DNA of 63,926 bases, filler included, from Phoronis australis (lineage: Eukaryota > Animalia > Phoronida), in NCBI GenBank assembly GCA_002633005.1. It is 5 parts of 5 records of this genome, joined end to end, with 100 filler letters (N's around TTAATTAATTAA, not from the genome) between each part and the next. Parts side by side here need not be neighbours in the genome. Positions count along the whole stretch, not along the records: positions 11,862 to 37,670 come from NMRA01000250.1; 4 more parts are not named here. One strand, 5' to 3'. Shown piece after piece: positions 11,862 through 26,448 of this stretch. The notes under the pieces were generated by a model, which was given only the letters and a program-made list of their open reading frames with translations, was not told where the DNA came from and searched no databases. Position 1 is the stretch's first letter. Every line of letters begins with the position of its first letter. The position numbers were made by a program, and so were the translations under genes.

Positions 11862-12643
11862 TCGAGAGTCCGAAATGCTTAGGAAGTTGCTCATGGTAGT
11901 GAAGAATGAAATGTACGCTGTAAATAGCAAGTATGAGGCCGTGAAACATCTCCGTGTCTGTGGCCTGCAGACGTCGACAGTGCCTGACGAATGCCGGCTT
12001 ACCAAATAACTCCATACGTTCCGTTGTGACTGGAAGTTTAGTTTCCACTGAACTTTGGCTGGTTTATTTTCGTGATGTCTGATCAGTTTCCGAGCCACTG
12101 GCCGGGATAACGAATCAATCCGGGCGGCCGCCACGGGCTTGATCGGGCTCCGAGCCACTGGCCAGGATAACAAGCGTTTTGTGTTTAGAACTCAAAAAAT
12201 CACAAGTCTAAACAACACAGATCTAGGTTCTCCTGTCTGCATCATACGGAAAATACTTCGAAATTATCTCCGAACAGACCCCAAACTCCTGCTACGCCGG
12301 ACCTTATTGGCCTGTCACTGAAACCTTGTAGGGTACGGTGTGTCCAAATACCAATAAATCCGTCAGAGCGAAATAAAACAACACGTTTTTATAAGAACTC
12401 GGCGTATTTTTAATGGTTTTACATCAAAGTTTAATGATTTATTGGAGTTAAACGATGACTTCAAGCGATAAGCTGACACCAGGAACCCATGGTGTGAACT
12501 GCTGAACAGACTGCGTGTAAAACCGATGACGTCACTGGATAATTTCAACACCTCCGTCTGCCGCTAGGTGTCGGGTAACGCAACCGTACGTGTCGCTATC
12601 GCGGAGTAGAACTACTCGGTTGATTTTTGGGTGGCATGCTCCT
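11862..12643 (-). mobile_element. Possible Kolobok-type element end inserted at TTAA in the Penelope fragment
   Basis: Minus strand TTAA|AGGAGCATGCCACCC begins exactly where RT similarity stops; other end lost at linker. Confidence 0.35.
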
Positions 12644-12647
12644 TTAA

Positions 12648-12865
12648 GTGCACTGACTTCATTAACAAACTGAAAAGAATCTTTAAGTATGCAGTCATTC
12701 TCTCTGATAGGTTTGAGAAATTTAACTAGGAATTTGGCAAGCTCATGAGTATGTGTTCCGACACAGGACACAATAGGCCGCAGCGGTAGGCCTACACCAT
12801 CCTTGTGTGTCTTAGGGAGGTCGTACAGACGTGCTCGCTGTGACCCGCATGGTCTAATGCATCTG
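12648..12865 (-). mobile_element. Penelope-like element reverse transcriptase fragment
   Basis: IRPCGSQRARLYDLPKTHKDGV[GL]PLRPIVSCVGTHTHELAKFLVKFLKP...LKDSFQFV, matching the PLE RT N-terminal motif. Confidence 0.8.
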
Positions 12866-15364
12866 TCCGTTTAAGATTATATGGACAGTTCTGTAGGTGT
12901 TGTAGAACTGAGAAAATGTGAGAGCCGGAACGTGTTAACTTCCACGGATGGGGTCAATTTGTATTAACAAGGTGCCCGCAGGCGCCGGTGAAGCAAAGAT
13001 TGCAGGTAGGTCATTGGTACTTTTTCTGCAAGTTTTGCGGGACCCAAGCGGGATCCAATGGGCCATTAAATTTCCATTTTGTCCCCTCAAAAGGGGTGGA
13101 TCAGAAAAAATGGATGGGAATTAGCAGACCTGGCATGCATATGATTGATAATGAATCTAAACAGTGACCACAGTCTCTAGTTGTACCGGTCAGCTATAGA
13201 CGGTGGTCACTGTCTACATGAAATCCAAACAAAGTGTTTTAGTATATGTGCATGCAGTCAACATGTTATAACCGAAGTGTCGTTACTTTTGCATGTAAAA
13301 GCATAGAAATCACACCCACACCCAAGTCTGAAAGTTTAGATATTTTCGGACCAGTAAACCTTCAGAGTAGAGAATCTTCGAAGCAGTGAACCTTCAGAGT
13401 ACAAGACCTTCGAAATAGTGGGCTTCTCCCATTTCCAGCGATGTAAAAAACTTCAGTAACGCGCAAAAATACAAGATAAATAATTTTGTGAAGTCATTCT
13501 CCGACTCAAGTTCACAATTCCGTCCATAGGCATGGGCGTTTGATCCGGTTGGCTTTTACGCGGAAATTCCCCGTGTAGAAGGCAGACACTGCTGAGGTCG
13601 GAACCAGCGCTCCTTAGGAAGCTTATTGAACACATATCGTAGAGTAAAGACTATAGTTACCTAAAAAGTAACTATAGATCTGCTTTTCCGCGGCAGATCC
13701 ATCTAACGTGCTTGGGTATACTTCAGAAGTATCGACGGAAGCTCGCACAATTAAACTCCGCGCGACTTGCCGATGAGCTACAAAAAATCGATATGCGTTG
13801 CTTTTCGTGATTACAGCAAATCACAATGCAAAGAAATTAGATTTTCATCAATTTTTTGAGGTGGTTTACTTGAAGTTCACACATTCTGGCGCTGTTGTTT
13901 TTGTTTTGTTAGTGACGTTTTTTTAACTTTTATTTTTTGGAGGATTCGGGGGTTTTAACCCCCGCCAATGATCTATGAAGGCTACAAATTAATTGCGATT
14001 TTCAGAATGGATACTACGATTTTATCAATGCAATGCATTAATGAATCCAAACAATGGTACGAATTAATGAATAGATAAGCAACTGCAATTAAGGAATCCA
14101 TGAAATGCGATGAATTATTGAATCGTGACGATGTTACGAACATCGTGTGATTTCGTATTATCGAGGAAATCTATAAATACGTAACATGCTATTGAAAAAT
14201 TGAAATATCGTAATTACGACAATTTGGTGAATAGTTGATTTTCGAAATATCCGAGCCATCCTGAATTTCATTACTCCGCCAGATGTAGACTTTAATATCT
14301 GTCTTGCGGCGAGAAAATCTAGCAGTGCGAATTGTACTAAATTGAAGGAAATGACGTGGACACTGACAGACTTGCAAAAAACGCCAGTTTATTCGTCAAT
14401 TTTTGAGGGACCACAACCCCTAAGGTAGATCTCTGTTCACGAATCAAGACTGGCGAACGACCTGTATCTAACTTTTTCGTAGCCCCCATGCGGTTTAGTT
14501 TATGAAAGTACCCATTCATACATGTAAGCAATTCTTACGAAGATGTCTTCGGTTTCTTCTCTGTAGGATCACATGATCTATTGAAAACACCGTCTCGCTC
14601 GGTATTCAGTATCTCTAAAAGGCGGGTTTATTGATCTGGATGGTGTGACGAAGTGGTTACCTGGTTGTTGCACTTTGATGTTTTGGTTGACTTGGAAACT
14701 TTCTTCTTCAGCAGTTGTAATTTTTGTAATTAATTCAGATATACTTAAAATAATTATTGGTACAACGGTCTCTACTGAAGTGTTCGTAGTTTATTGGAAA
14801 GTGCAATAACCCCTTCCGAGAAATTACCAATGGAATTTTCCAAAGTGGGACGGCCTGCTGTGTCAGATTGCGGGCATTTCCTTGAAGGCACGCACAGGGA
14901 TGTGTCTTACCCGATACATGAAAGACGATACAGGTTTGTAACGTCCTTTATTAATCATATTTTTTGGTGTGGCTGATACTTGCTACTACAGTTCTCTAGC
15001 CACCTGTAACAACTGTTTGGTGTACAGCTTCTTGTAATACGTATATATTGGCTGGCTGCATTTTAGTTAGTGTACTCTGGGTTGTACTCATGTAGGCCTA
15101 TTCAAGTTAGTGTTTGGGTCGTGATGACGTGTACATTCATTTAAATGGATATATCTATCCGTCTATCAACTGTGTTACCATTCGCTTGCACCACACGTTT
15201 ATTATTTGACTTGCTGGTGCAATCGAGTTGACTTCAATTAACGTGCTTTCTAACCCCGACTAACTATTTCACAAACATACTAACTGGAGCCCTAACAAAA
15301 CTGAAATGACGTCCAGGGTCACAAAATGCATGCTGACATGTCACAACAGATGTGAGCAAAGCAT

Positions 15365-16020
15365 TGTGTCCCGGATTTTTTGTGTCCAGGGTTCTATACG
15401 TACCTGCGGGTTCTATACGTACCTGCGGGTTCTATATGTTCAGTGTTCTATGTGTCCCGGCCTGTTGCGTCATAGTCCAGGCGCTAAGCGGACGACTGTG
15501 CAAGGTTCACCTACAATAGCCATTTTAGGCCTACTATGACAATTTTGAGGTGCTTTTCCGATCCTGCTTGAGGGCAAAAATTTGACAAGTAATAAAGTAA
15601 CGTGTTGTTTTTATGAACCCTCCTCATCGTCGTTGTCAGATCAAGCAATGCCCTCTGGAAATTCGAATGTAGCCTAAGCTCACTTGCTGAACATTCGTCT
15701 TTAATTTGTGAGATTGTGGCTGGTTCACAAGGGCGATCTTATGTTGACTTTCTTGGCTGGTTGAGTGCTGACCAGAGACAAATCGAACCCGGTGTAAAAG
15801 TAGCCATTGTGCCCCTGGAGAAATTGTCCGGTATGATTGTATTTGAATGAAGCATACGGGTAACTCGGTACCACACCAGCGCACACAGAATCCGGGACAC
15901 ATAGAACCCTGTCCGATGCACAGAAAACTGGACATGAAGAACCTGGGACGCACAGAACCCCAAGATGCACAAAACGGGACACACAGAATACAAGAGACAT
16001 GAGTGACCCGGGATGTCCCC
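15365..16020. mobile_element. MITE-like insertion with inverted subterminal repeat arrays, inside array unit 1
   Basis: GTTCTATGTGTCCCGG-type repeats at 15365-15460 versus CCGGGACACATAGAAC-type repeats at 15880-16010. Confidence 0.55.
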
Positions 16021-19000
16021 CAATAGATGGAGTGGCAAGGACAAAGATCTTTCAATTAACAATTTATTTGTCAATTGCTTGTAAATTTCATTAACACACG
16101 TTTTGCTCTATTTACACGCCATGCTCGTACCCATACACCAACGACACGCTGAAACCCATGGATAACCAAAACGGAGGAAAGATGGAACACGAAAAGTAAG
16201 AAGGTAATCTAACGTTGCTTGCGTGTCTCACTGCATTAGTATAAGTAGGGTACAACTTCGAACGCCCATAATACAACAAGTGAAATTATTTTTAAAAAGA
16301 CCTTTTAAGGCCAAAAATTCACAAATCCGACAAAAAGAAAAACTAGTTGGTTCAAAACTAGTCTGAAGATCTATGATATCATAAACCAGTGATTCAAAGC
16401 CATCGGCTGCCTATCAGCAAAAGTTTGGTGGCGATAATCTACAATTTGAAAATGTAAACTAGAAGTAGATACGGTAGCTCAGAGCATATGGTCTAACTTT
16501 GTTTGGATCCTTTTTAGAGGCATCGGCTCTTCGAAGAACTAGTTTTAAACAGGTGCCCGCATCATCCTGAACGTTTTGCTCAAAATCACTGTTCAGAACC
16601 TAGAGTTATGAAAGTTCAAACTTACAGCTTTTTATAGATTTTCGGAAATGCGTGATCTTCAAAGTTATGAATTTTTAGACTTGTAAACCTTCCGACCCAT
16701 GAAAACCCTGATTTCATAAACTAGGTCCACACACTTTCTCACTTGCAGTTTTCAATTCAGGTCATATAGGGGTCATCGCTTCTAGGGCATCGATTTCCTT
16801 ACCACCTTATTGGAGAGTTTTTAGCGACTTGGCCTTTCGTCGAACCAGTTGACTTTTGCTGACTAGTATACCAATACCATACTGGACCTTACGTCGCGGG
16901 CAGTTACAATGTACCAAAGGTGCTGCAGAAACACTGAAACGAATGACACCACAACCAAAGATATGGTGTCCTTCAGCTGCAAACATCCCGACAGTTACCG
17001 GTTGCAGATACATGTGTGTACTCATTTGAGTCATCAAAACTTGACCGATCCCTTGTTTGATTTGGAAGTAAAAACTCTACTCTCCAGTCATTCAGGAATA
17101 TCTCCTTATTTATGCACAGGGTTTCACACCTGGTTTCAGGGCACAGTCTCTCAAAAGCCGCGTAGCGGAAGACGAGTAGTTGAGTAACCGGGATATCTTA
17201 TCAATGTAAAATACACTATAAGCTCTAAGTTCGGGTCATCTGTATAATATTCCTTCTCGGAATTGAACTTCATTTAGTCTTGGTTGTATTTTATTTGAGC
17301 GACTTGTTTGTCACATATTAAACCACTGAACTTTGTTCATCCTTAAAAGGATACCAAACCCGGCTTTGGCTTAATAACACTTACAAAAAACGACTTTCCC
17401 ATCCAGTTCTCTGAACCAAATAATGCTTTGTAACCTTCGCCAAACAGCGAAAGTTTGGAAGAAAATTTGAAAACTTCTTACAAATTCTGTTAAACTGTCA
17501 AGCATGTCCTACGCTTTATGCGAATGTGGAAAAGGCCACCGGGCACCAAAGACCACGATATCCAATTTATGAGGTAGGAAGTATGAGTTTTTAGTTGGTT
17601 TCTGCCTTTAACTTGAAAGATTGATACTTGAGACGCATTAACAGGTAAAAGAACGAGGACTGGTTGAAATCATCAAAACAAGGTTTAGTATCCTTACGTG
17701 ACATACGGGACCACAACGTCACGACGGGTTAGAGTGTACCAAAGTTTCTGCAGGACACCCATTCCCCAACGTTACAATGCGACCAACGGGTAACCAAAAC
17801 GGAAGGAGAAGTCGTCAAGAAGAAAATGATGAGGTAAACCAGCGTTGCTTGCGCTTCATACTGCTCTAGAATGAATAGGGTACAGCTCGACCCTCTGAAG
17901 GATCTCGAGTCATAACACACATAATAAGACAAAAAATGTTTTTAGATTTGCCCTATGATGCCAAAGAGGAGAGCAAGTTAGATGGACTCTACTTCAAAGA
18001 TCTATGAGACCAGAAACTAGTGATTCAAAGTCAACAACAGCGGAACAACAAAATTGTAGAGGTGGGGGTAAACCAAAATTTAAAATATAAATAAAAGAGA
18101 CAACACATTGCACATTGCTGAACTTTGCTTGGACTCTTTCCAGGAACTGGTTTCAAGCAGGCACCTGCTCAAAAGATCTGCTATGGTGCTGATCAGCTGT
18201 AAACCTGAAAGTTGCACGGTTTGACTGCTTGGGTGTTTTTAAGCCTGCAAAACTTCACCGAACACTTGTTTGATCTGGAAAGAAATATGTGACAATCTAC
18301 TCGCCAAGCATTTTGGCATCTGTCTTTGTTCATGACGAAAGTGTTCCTGAAGTTTGGTTTTCGTGAGTGGCGTTTAAGTCACAGCATTTGAAATCTACTA
18401 TTCTAACTGAACTAAAATCGCGTACCAGGGTTTTTTGATACATGGACCAAATTTTGACTTAATAGACGGAAAGTGAGCAAATAACAGAAAGTGGTGTGCT
18501 TGCCACAACTCACACACAAAAATGGCACAAAATCAAGATTATAACGATTTTGTACATATAATTGGTATGTATAAGGAGAATACTGCGTAATGAAACAGTT
18601 GATAACAATCCCTGTGCATTTTGAAAAAAAATCTAGGTAAAATTGGATTTCTTGAAAATTAAAAAAATTCGTTATTTAAAAAAACAGACGACTATGAAAA
18701 CTTTTTCGATTTTTGCCTCTTTCAGAGTCACGTCTAACTTGTTAAACCCAGTTGATACTTATTTTAGATAAGAGCCTGGAGATTTGACCAGTGTATACAC
18801 TCCCCTTAAATCATAGCATTTTAAAGTTTTACTTAAATCTGAACAGTTCTCTCTGAGATATAAATTTTAAAACTTAAAGAAATGGATATGTTTTTTTCAG
18901 GGTAAAGTAGGAACTGAACAAGCACGGAACTAACCTCGCCACCACCGGCAGTGAACCAAAGGGATGCTGTCTTAGCCGTTACATGAAGGACGATAAATGT

Positions 19001-20442
19001 GTTTTCCTTTCGTTGTTGGTAATGTACACGTCTTTCCAGGGTCATACAGGAACTCAACCAGCATGACCCTGACCTTGCACCAGCGCTAGTGAGTCAAAGG
19101 TGTTACCTTTCATTATTGGTAAACTTTTGGCCATGCCGACACTTACAGTTACAGTTTTCTACCTGCGAGAAAACTTTGTGGTGTCCAAATCGTTGTAATA
19201 GATTTTTAAGTGTTTGTGATATTTTCCTTGTAGTTTGGGTTCTGCTAATGCATTAGTGTTTGGGTCGCGGTGACGTACGTTTATGTCAGGGAATAGATCT
19301 GCCCATCTATCAAATGTATTATCATTCTCTAAGACTAGACCTTTTGTTTCATTTCTTGGTGTTTCTTTCTCGGTGACGCTGACGTTCTTTCTCATCCCGG
19401 CTAACACTTGCACTAACATACTAATACAACCCTAACATACCAATAAAGACAGCACGAATGAACCCAACATACCACGAAAGACAGCCCGAATGAACCCAAA
19501 TGACGTTCAGCAACTCAGAATGCATGATGAATGGTGTTATTTGACATGTTTGCAGATGCCGCAACCAAATGGTGCCGAAGTCGTTCCAGTGACGGATTTC
19601 TGCCGGGGTAGGGACAAAAATTTAACAGTTAGCATCTGAGTAGAAAAAGACATTTTTGTCGATTGTTTGTAAATTGCATTAATACACGTTTTGTCAATTT
19701 ACATGCCATACCCATTCCCCAACGGACAACCAAAACAGAAGAAGTCTTTGAGACGAAAGTGATGATGGTAAACTAACGTTGCTTGCGTTTCATACTGCAC
19801 TAGTATAAATAGGGTACAGATCAAAGCTCTTAAGGTTCTCAAGTATAATTTTCAAACATAATGTTTTTAAAATTGTCATATGATGCCGAAGGTTCACAAC
19901 TCCGTCACAGATAAGAGCCAGTTAATTCGAATCTAGTTCGAAGATCTATGACACCAGAAAGCAGTGATTTAAACTAAAAAAACAGTGGTGTAACAAAATC
20001 GTAGTGGAGTGTTTACCCAAGAATTTAAAATATAAACAAAAGACTCAGCTCACTGCACATTATTGAGCTTCACTTGGTTTCTTTCCAGAGGCACCTGTTC
20101 TTCCAGGAACTGGTTTAAAGCAGGCACCTGCTCAAATACTCTCGAACATTTTGCTCGAAGTAATTGTTTAGAACCTCGTGCCATGAATGTTCAATATTTT
20201 AACTTTTGAACTAATGAACTTTTGGACTTGTGTGTAACCTAGAAGATATCGATTTTTCGACTTGAAAACATTCGAATCAATGAAAACCTTGATTCCTTAC
20301 CTTCTGCCCACACTCTTTCTCACTTGTGTTTTCAATACAGATCATATGGGCTGTTTGCTTCCAGGGTGTTTACTTCGTTTCAAGCTGATTGTAGATTTTT
20401 ATTGACTTGGCCTTTGGTCGATCTACTGGATTTTGGCTGACA

Positions 20443-21098
20443 ATGATTCATTTATTTATTTATTGTGATATTTAAAATGAGGGTGGCCTCTTCAGTGATA
20501 GCACTGTTTTCCAAAAGGGCCTTCAACAACAACAAACAGTAATATAATACAATGAAGTAATAAAACAACAATTAAATATACGTAAAACCATACAATCAAA
20601 ACAGGTTGAGAATTAAGACAATAAAGAAATGACCAAGAATGGTGAAAATTTAACTAAGAGATGCGAAATAATTTAGAGCTGACTCCAAACATTGAGAGAA
20701 TTTGCGACAATGAAAAGAATGACATGATTGACAGGCAGGGTATGAAAAGGTTAGGTAAATTACAGGCCCTTTTTAATATTACGTTTGAAAATATCATTTT
20801 AATCGGACCGTTTAATTTCTGTGCTAAGATAATTCCATATTGTAGCAGCAGCATAGAGAAAAGATCTCTTGCAAGTCTCAGTTTTAATTTTTTTAAAAGA
20901 AACATTTCCAGCAACAGAAGAGCGTGTAGAATATACAGCTTGACTGATATTGAATTTAAGGTTGAGACATGCTGGAGCCAAGCCATTGATACCTCTGTAC
21001 ATACAACAGGCAGATAGATATTTAATTCTTTGTGTTACTTTCATAAATCCCAGCTTGGAATTCAAGTTATCGACCTTGGTTTCCCTAATTCTAGTACC
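20443..21098 (-). mobile_element. 5'-truncated LINE (L2/Crack/CR1 group), 3' end
   Basis: ORF2 tail MYRGINGLAPACL...KRSFLYAAATIWNYLS, 3' UTR and (AATA)n tail; interrupts the array at GGCTGACA|GGATA. Confidence 0.8.
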
Positions 21099-22297
21099 CA
21101 GGATAACATTAACATGCAGGATCTGAGTTTAAGAACAGTTACAGTGTTCCATGGGCGCTGCTGTACCACTTACACGAATGATATCAAATCCAAAAGGTAT
21201 GGTGCTGATCAGCTGTAAACCTCCTGAAAGTTGCATGTTTCGACTTCTTAGGTGTTCTTTGAACCTTCAAACTTCACCCAACACTTGTTTGGTTTGGACA
21301 AAGGAAGTGAAAATGTACTCGCCAAGCATTTAGGCATCTGTCTTTGTTCATGTACGCTTTTTCACACTTGGTTTCAGAACAAAGTCTCTCAAAAACCGTA
21401 AAATTTAGCAAAAAAAGAACAAGGGCACCCTATCAATAAACAGAGAGAACTTAATTTGATGCAAATGTTTCTTAAGTGATCTCAAAACCCTCTCGATACT
21501 TTAAAACATGATCAATTCATTTTCGTTTTGTGAAATGTACTTGAATCATAACAATTGAAAGTTTTGCTTAATTCGGACCACATTTCTCTGCGATACAAAT
21601 TTTAAAATTTAAAGGAATGTACACGTTTTTCCAGGGTCAAGCAGGAACTGAACAAGCACGAAACTGACCTCGCCACCACTGGCAGTGAACCAAAGAGATG
21701 CTGTCTTACCCGTTACACGAAGGACGATAAAAGTGCTTTCCTTTCGTTATTGGTTACGTTTTGGAGTCACCAACACTTGCAGTTACAGTTCTCCACCTGC
21801 TAGAAAACAATGTGGTGTTCATGTCGTCGTAATAGATTTTTTAGTGTTTGCTGTATTTTAGTTGTAGTCTGGGTTCTCCTAATCTATTAATGTTTGGGTT
21901 GTGATGACGTACAATTATTCCAATGGATAAATCGTGCCATCTATCAAATGTATTACCATTCTCTACGACAAGACCTTTTGTTTCATTTCTTGGTGTTTCT
22001 TTCTCGGTGACGCTGACGTTCTTTCTAATCTCGACTAACACTTGTACTAACATACTAACACAAGCCTTAACATACCAAGAAAGTCAACACGAATGAACCC
22101 AAATGACGTTCAATTTCTCAAAGTGCATGATGTATGGTGTTATTTTATATCATTTGCAGATGCCACAACCCGTTGGAGCCTAGCAGTGGTCTCGTGACCC
22201 ATGTCTGCCAGGGTAGGGACAAAATTTATTTATTTAGCATCCGAGTAGTAAATTGAAAACCGGTAATTTTGCTGATTGTTTGTAAATTGTATTAGTT

Positions 22298-23557
22298 CTA
22301 GCCGTTACCCGTGCTTGCCAAGGGAACTACATGTAGATACTCCTAAGATTGAACATATGTGTTCATTGCAAGAGACAAGAGTACTTCTTGAAAGGCGGTG
22401 TTCAAACCTTCAAGCAGAATTTCAACTGTCAGATTTTAGTAGGCAAGGTGTGCGGCTGCTGGATTCTTTCTCCAGGCAGTACAATTTTTTTCTGTAACAT
22501 TTGACCCTGCCGTAACATAAAGTACAATAATCAGATATTCTTTAAAGTGAAAACTAAGAATGCATTTAAAATACTGAAAAGTACACAAAATATATAGATG
22601 TACTTACACAAGTTGCATCATAAATGTACATAATGAGGAAGAAAGCCAGCTAACTGTATGAAAACTATCGTCAACATACAGCTAGGTAGCTGTGTGTAGA
22701 GCTCACCGCTAGACACCGAAATTTCACCTCGGTGCTCAACTTGCCACCTCGTTGTGAAACTTAGAGCTAACAACCTACAGGGGCGCATGCAGAATCTGGG
22801 AATGAACCGACATTCACCTTGCCCGTTACAGCCGTTTATAAAAGTAAAAAGATAATCTAATAAACGTAGTTTTCGTAATTCTCCGCCTTTTGTAACAAAG
22901 GAAAATCTGTGGTCGTTTTGAAAACAATGCATACTTGTGACACGCGCACGTACACGCCATTTCCGAAAAATTTTGTGATATCTATCGATAGTTTTTTTAT
23001 GAAATTGGGTTATCTGATCATAAAATAGTAAAAACTTGCAATGAAATGAAAGCACTTGCGATTGTTATGACATGTTCGCAACCTCGCATTTGATTGAATA
23101 ACATGGAAGTTGGCCAACAGGTGATGCAATGGCGCCCAAAGAGAGCATTCCAAATTAGCAGCAGACTACCGGTAACTGAAGACCGCCAATTTTCCAACAG
23201 CAGGATAAATAATTTAGTTTACTCAAGGAAGAGTAAAAATTTTTTAATGAGGCATCATTAAGTTTGGCGGCGACAGGCCCGATGAATTATATACGTGACA
23301 GAAACCGGAGGGAGTGAAATTAAGCCGACGGAGTAACATCACCCAGGCCATTGAGCAGACGAACTGACGTTACCAAGGCCAGTACGAAACCGGCCACCCT
23401 CCCTCCGCGTCCGCGATTAAAACGGCCCGCGAGAAAAAATAGAACACCTCGAATCCAAATAGAGGGCCGGTGCAATACCTGGGACTAAGGCAGTGCCAAA
23501 ACGGGCAAAACGAAGGTCTGTAGTGAGACGGAGTTTGTGCAAACGAAGCATTTTAGA
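22298..23557 (-). mobile_element. Non-autonomous Helitron
   Basis: Minus strand starts A|TCTAAAATG and ends with imperfect hairpin CCCTTGGCAAGCACGGG then CTAG; absent from the equivalent position in sister units. Confidence 0.6.
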
Positions 23558-26448
23558 TAATAGACACCATTTTGTGTATTTACACGCCATGCCCATCCTC
23601 CAACGTTACTATGCAACCATTGGGTAACCAAAACGGAAGAAGTTTTTAAGAAGAAAATGATGAAGGTAAACAAACATTGCAAGAGTTTCATACTGCACTA
23701 GTATAGATAGGGTACAGCTCTACACTCTGAAGTTTCTCAAGTCGTAACACCCATGATGTGACAAAGAAAATGTTTTTATAATTGCCCTGTCATGCCAAAG
23801 GTTCAAAAATCCGTCATAGTCGAGAGCTAGTTGGTTCTAATCTAGTATGAAGGTCTATGAGACCAGAAACCAGTGATTCAAAGTCAACAACAGTTAAGCA
23901 ACAAAGTTGTAGTGGGGGTAAACCAAAAAACTATTAATAAAATAGAAGCTACAGCTCAGTGCAGATTGCTGTGCTTTGCTTGGATTCTTTCCAGAGCAAC
24001 CGGTTCTTCCAGAATGTGGTTTCAAGCAGGCACCTGCACAAGTACTTTCGAATATTTTGCTCGAAGTCACATTTCAGAACCTCGTGTCACGAGAAATCAA
24101 CATTTTAACTTTCGAATTAATGGACTTTAGGACTTGTGTATACCTGAGGAAATATTTGTTGCAAACATACCGTAATTTCATAGTCTGTCCAAACTTATTC
24201 TCACTTATAGTTTTAAGTTAAGATAATATGGGTTCTTCGCTTCCAGGGTTTTGACTTCCTTTGAACCTTATTGCAGATTCTTTAGGGACTTGGCCTTTCG
24301 TCGAAGTACTGGATTTTGGCTGGTCAGTGCAGCATTAACATGTGGGATCGGACTTCGCGAATAGTGAGAGTTTACCAAGAGCACTGCATCACCACTTAAA
24401 TGAAAAATATCAAATCCAAAACCAATGGTGCTGATCAACTGTAAACGTCTTGAAAGATACATTTTTAGACTGCTTGGGTTCTCTTTGAGCCTTCAAACTT
24501 CACCCGACAGTGGTTTGATTTGGACAAATAAAGTGAATATCTACTCGCCAGTCATTTAGGCATCTGTCTTTGTTCATATATTAATATTTGGGTCGTGATG
24601 GCGTGTATTTATTCCCATGGATGTATCTGGCCATCCATCAAATGCATTGTAATTCTGTAGGACTAGACCTTTTGTTTTATTTCATGGTGTTATTTGGTAT
24701 CATTTCTGTTGCAGCCGAGCAGTGGTTCCTGTGACCCATTTGCGCCAGGATAGGGAGAAAAAATTTTCATTTAGCATCCGAGTAGCAAATTGAAGATTGG
24801 TAATTTTGCTGATTGTTTGTGAATTATATTTATATACGTTTTTGTCTATTTACACGCTATACCCATTCCCCTAAGTTACGCTGCAACCACTGGATAACCA
24901 AAACGGAAGACGAAGTCTTTGAGACGAAAATGATGAAGGTAAACTAACGTTGCTTACTGGACAAGTATGAATAGGGTACACTTTTAAACTCTGATGTATC
25001 TCAAGGCATAACACGAACAACATGACAAAAAAGTTTTTAAAATTGCCCTGTCATGCGTGAAGGTTAAAAAAATTGTCATAGGTCAGAGATATTTAGTTCG
25101 AACTCAGTTCGGAAATCTATGAGACAAGAAATTAGTGATTGAAAGTCAACAACAGCAGAATTACAGGGAAGGTAAACCATAAACTTGAAATAAACGTAAA
25201 ACCTACAGTTCAGTGCAGATTGCTGAGCTTTGCTTGGATTCTTTCCAGAGTGACCAGTTCTTCTAGAAACTGGTTTAAGGCTGGCACCTGCTCCAATTGT
25301 GCTTGGAATAACTGTTTAGAACCTCGTGTCATGAATGTTCAACATTTTAACTTTGGAACTAATGGACTTTTGGACTTTTGCGTACCTTAGGAGATATGGA
25401 TTTTTAGACTTGCAAACATTCGGACCCATGAATACCATGACTTCTTACCTTCTGCCCACACACCTTCTCACTTGCAATTTTTCCATTCAGATCATAGAGG
25501 TTTCCGCTTCCAGGGTGTTGACTTCGTTTGCAGCTCATTGTATATTTTTTATGGAATTGGCCTTTGGTCGAACTACTGGATTTTGGCTGACAGGGATAGC
25601 AATAACATGCAGAATCTGGGTTTCAGAACATTGGCAGTGTATCATGGGCGGAGCTGCAGTACCACTTACATGAACGATATCAAATCTAAACGACATGGTG
25701 CTGATCATAGTCTAGACGCATTTCCTGAAAAGAGCCCTGTATAAGGCTTTAGAAGCATTTTTTAGTAAAAGTTGGGAACAAGTTTTTTTAACACAATCAA
25801 GGCATGGCGAATTCAACTAACCCTGTTCCCAAGCCGAATTTTGCATTTTTGACCATCTAATTAGCATAAACAAAATCGCGGCCAAATTGTCAAGTTCAGA
25901 TGTATTTTTGTAATAGAAATCCCAATATACCATTTTAAATGGTGAAATGTCTCACCTGTACACTTCTTATAAATACTTCTTGAGCAATAGATCACTTATG
26001 AATACTAAAAAATGCAACTCTAAAAACTAATTATGCAAATTAGGTGCCGCCATTACCATACAATGTAATTTGCGTCTTAAGTTTGTGCTCCTGCAGGCTA
26101 ACTTGAAAAATGAGGTGTTAATACTTATATTTTTATGGTCAACAAACATGCTAAAGACATTTTTGGAGCAATTTATTTCATATTTATTGGGTTATAGATG
26201 TAAACTTAGAGAACGTGGAAAAAATAGTCGTTAAGCTGCAATGCTCGTTAAGCAAGGTGACACTATTTTGACGGATTATAAGGACAAATGTTCACACTAT
26301 CCCGTTATCTTCCATTCATAAAAAACAATTTAGTTATTGTTAGTGAAGACATTAGATTCTCTGTTGCATGAATTGTTTTCAGGCCTGTTGAACACACTTT
26401 TAGCATTCACTTTTTTGGTACTTTTTAACATGCCTGAAGCCAGGCAAA

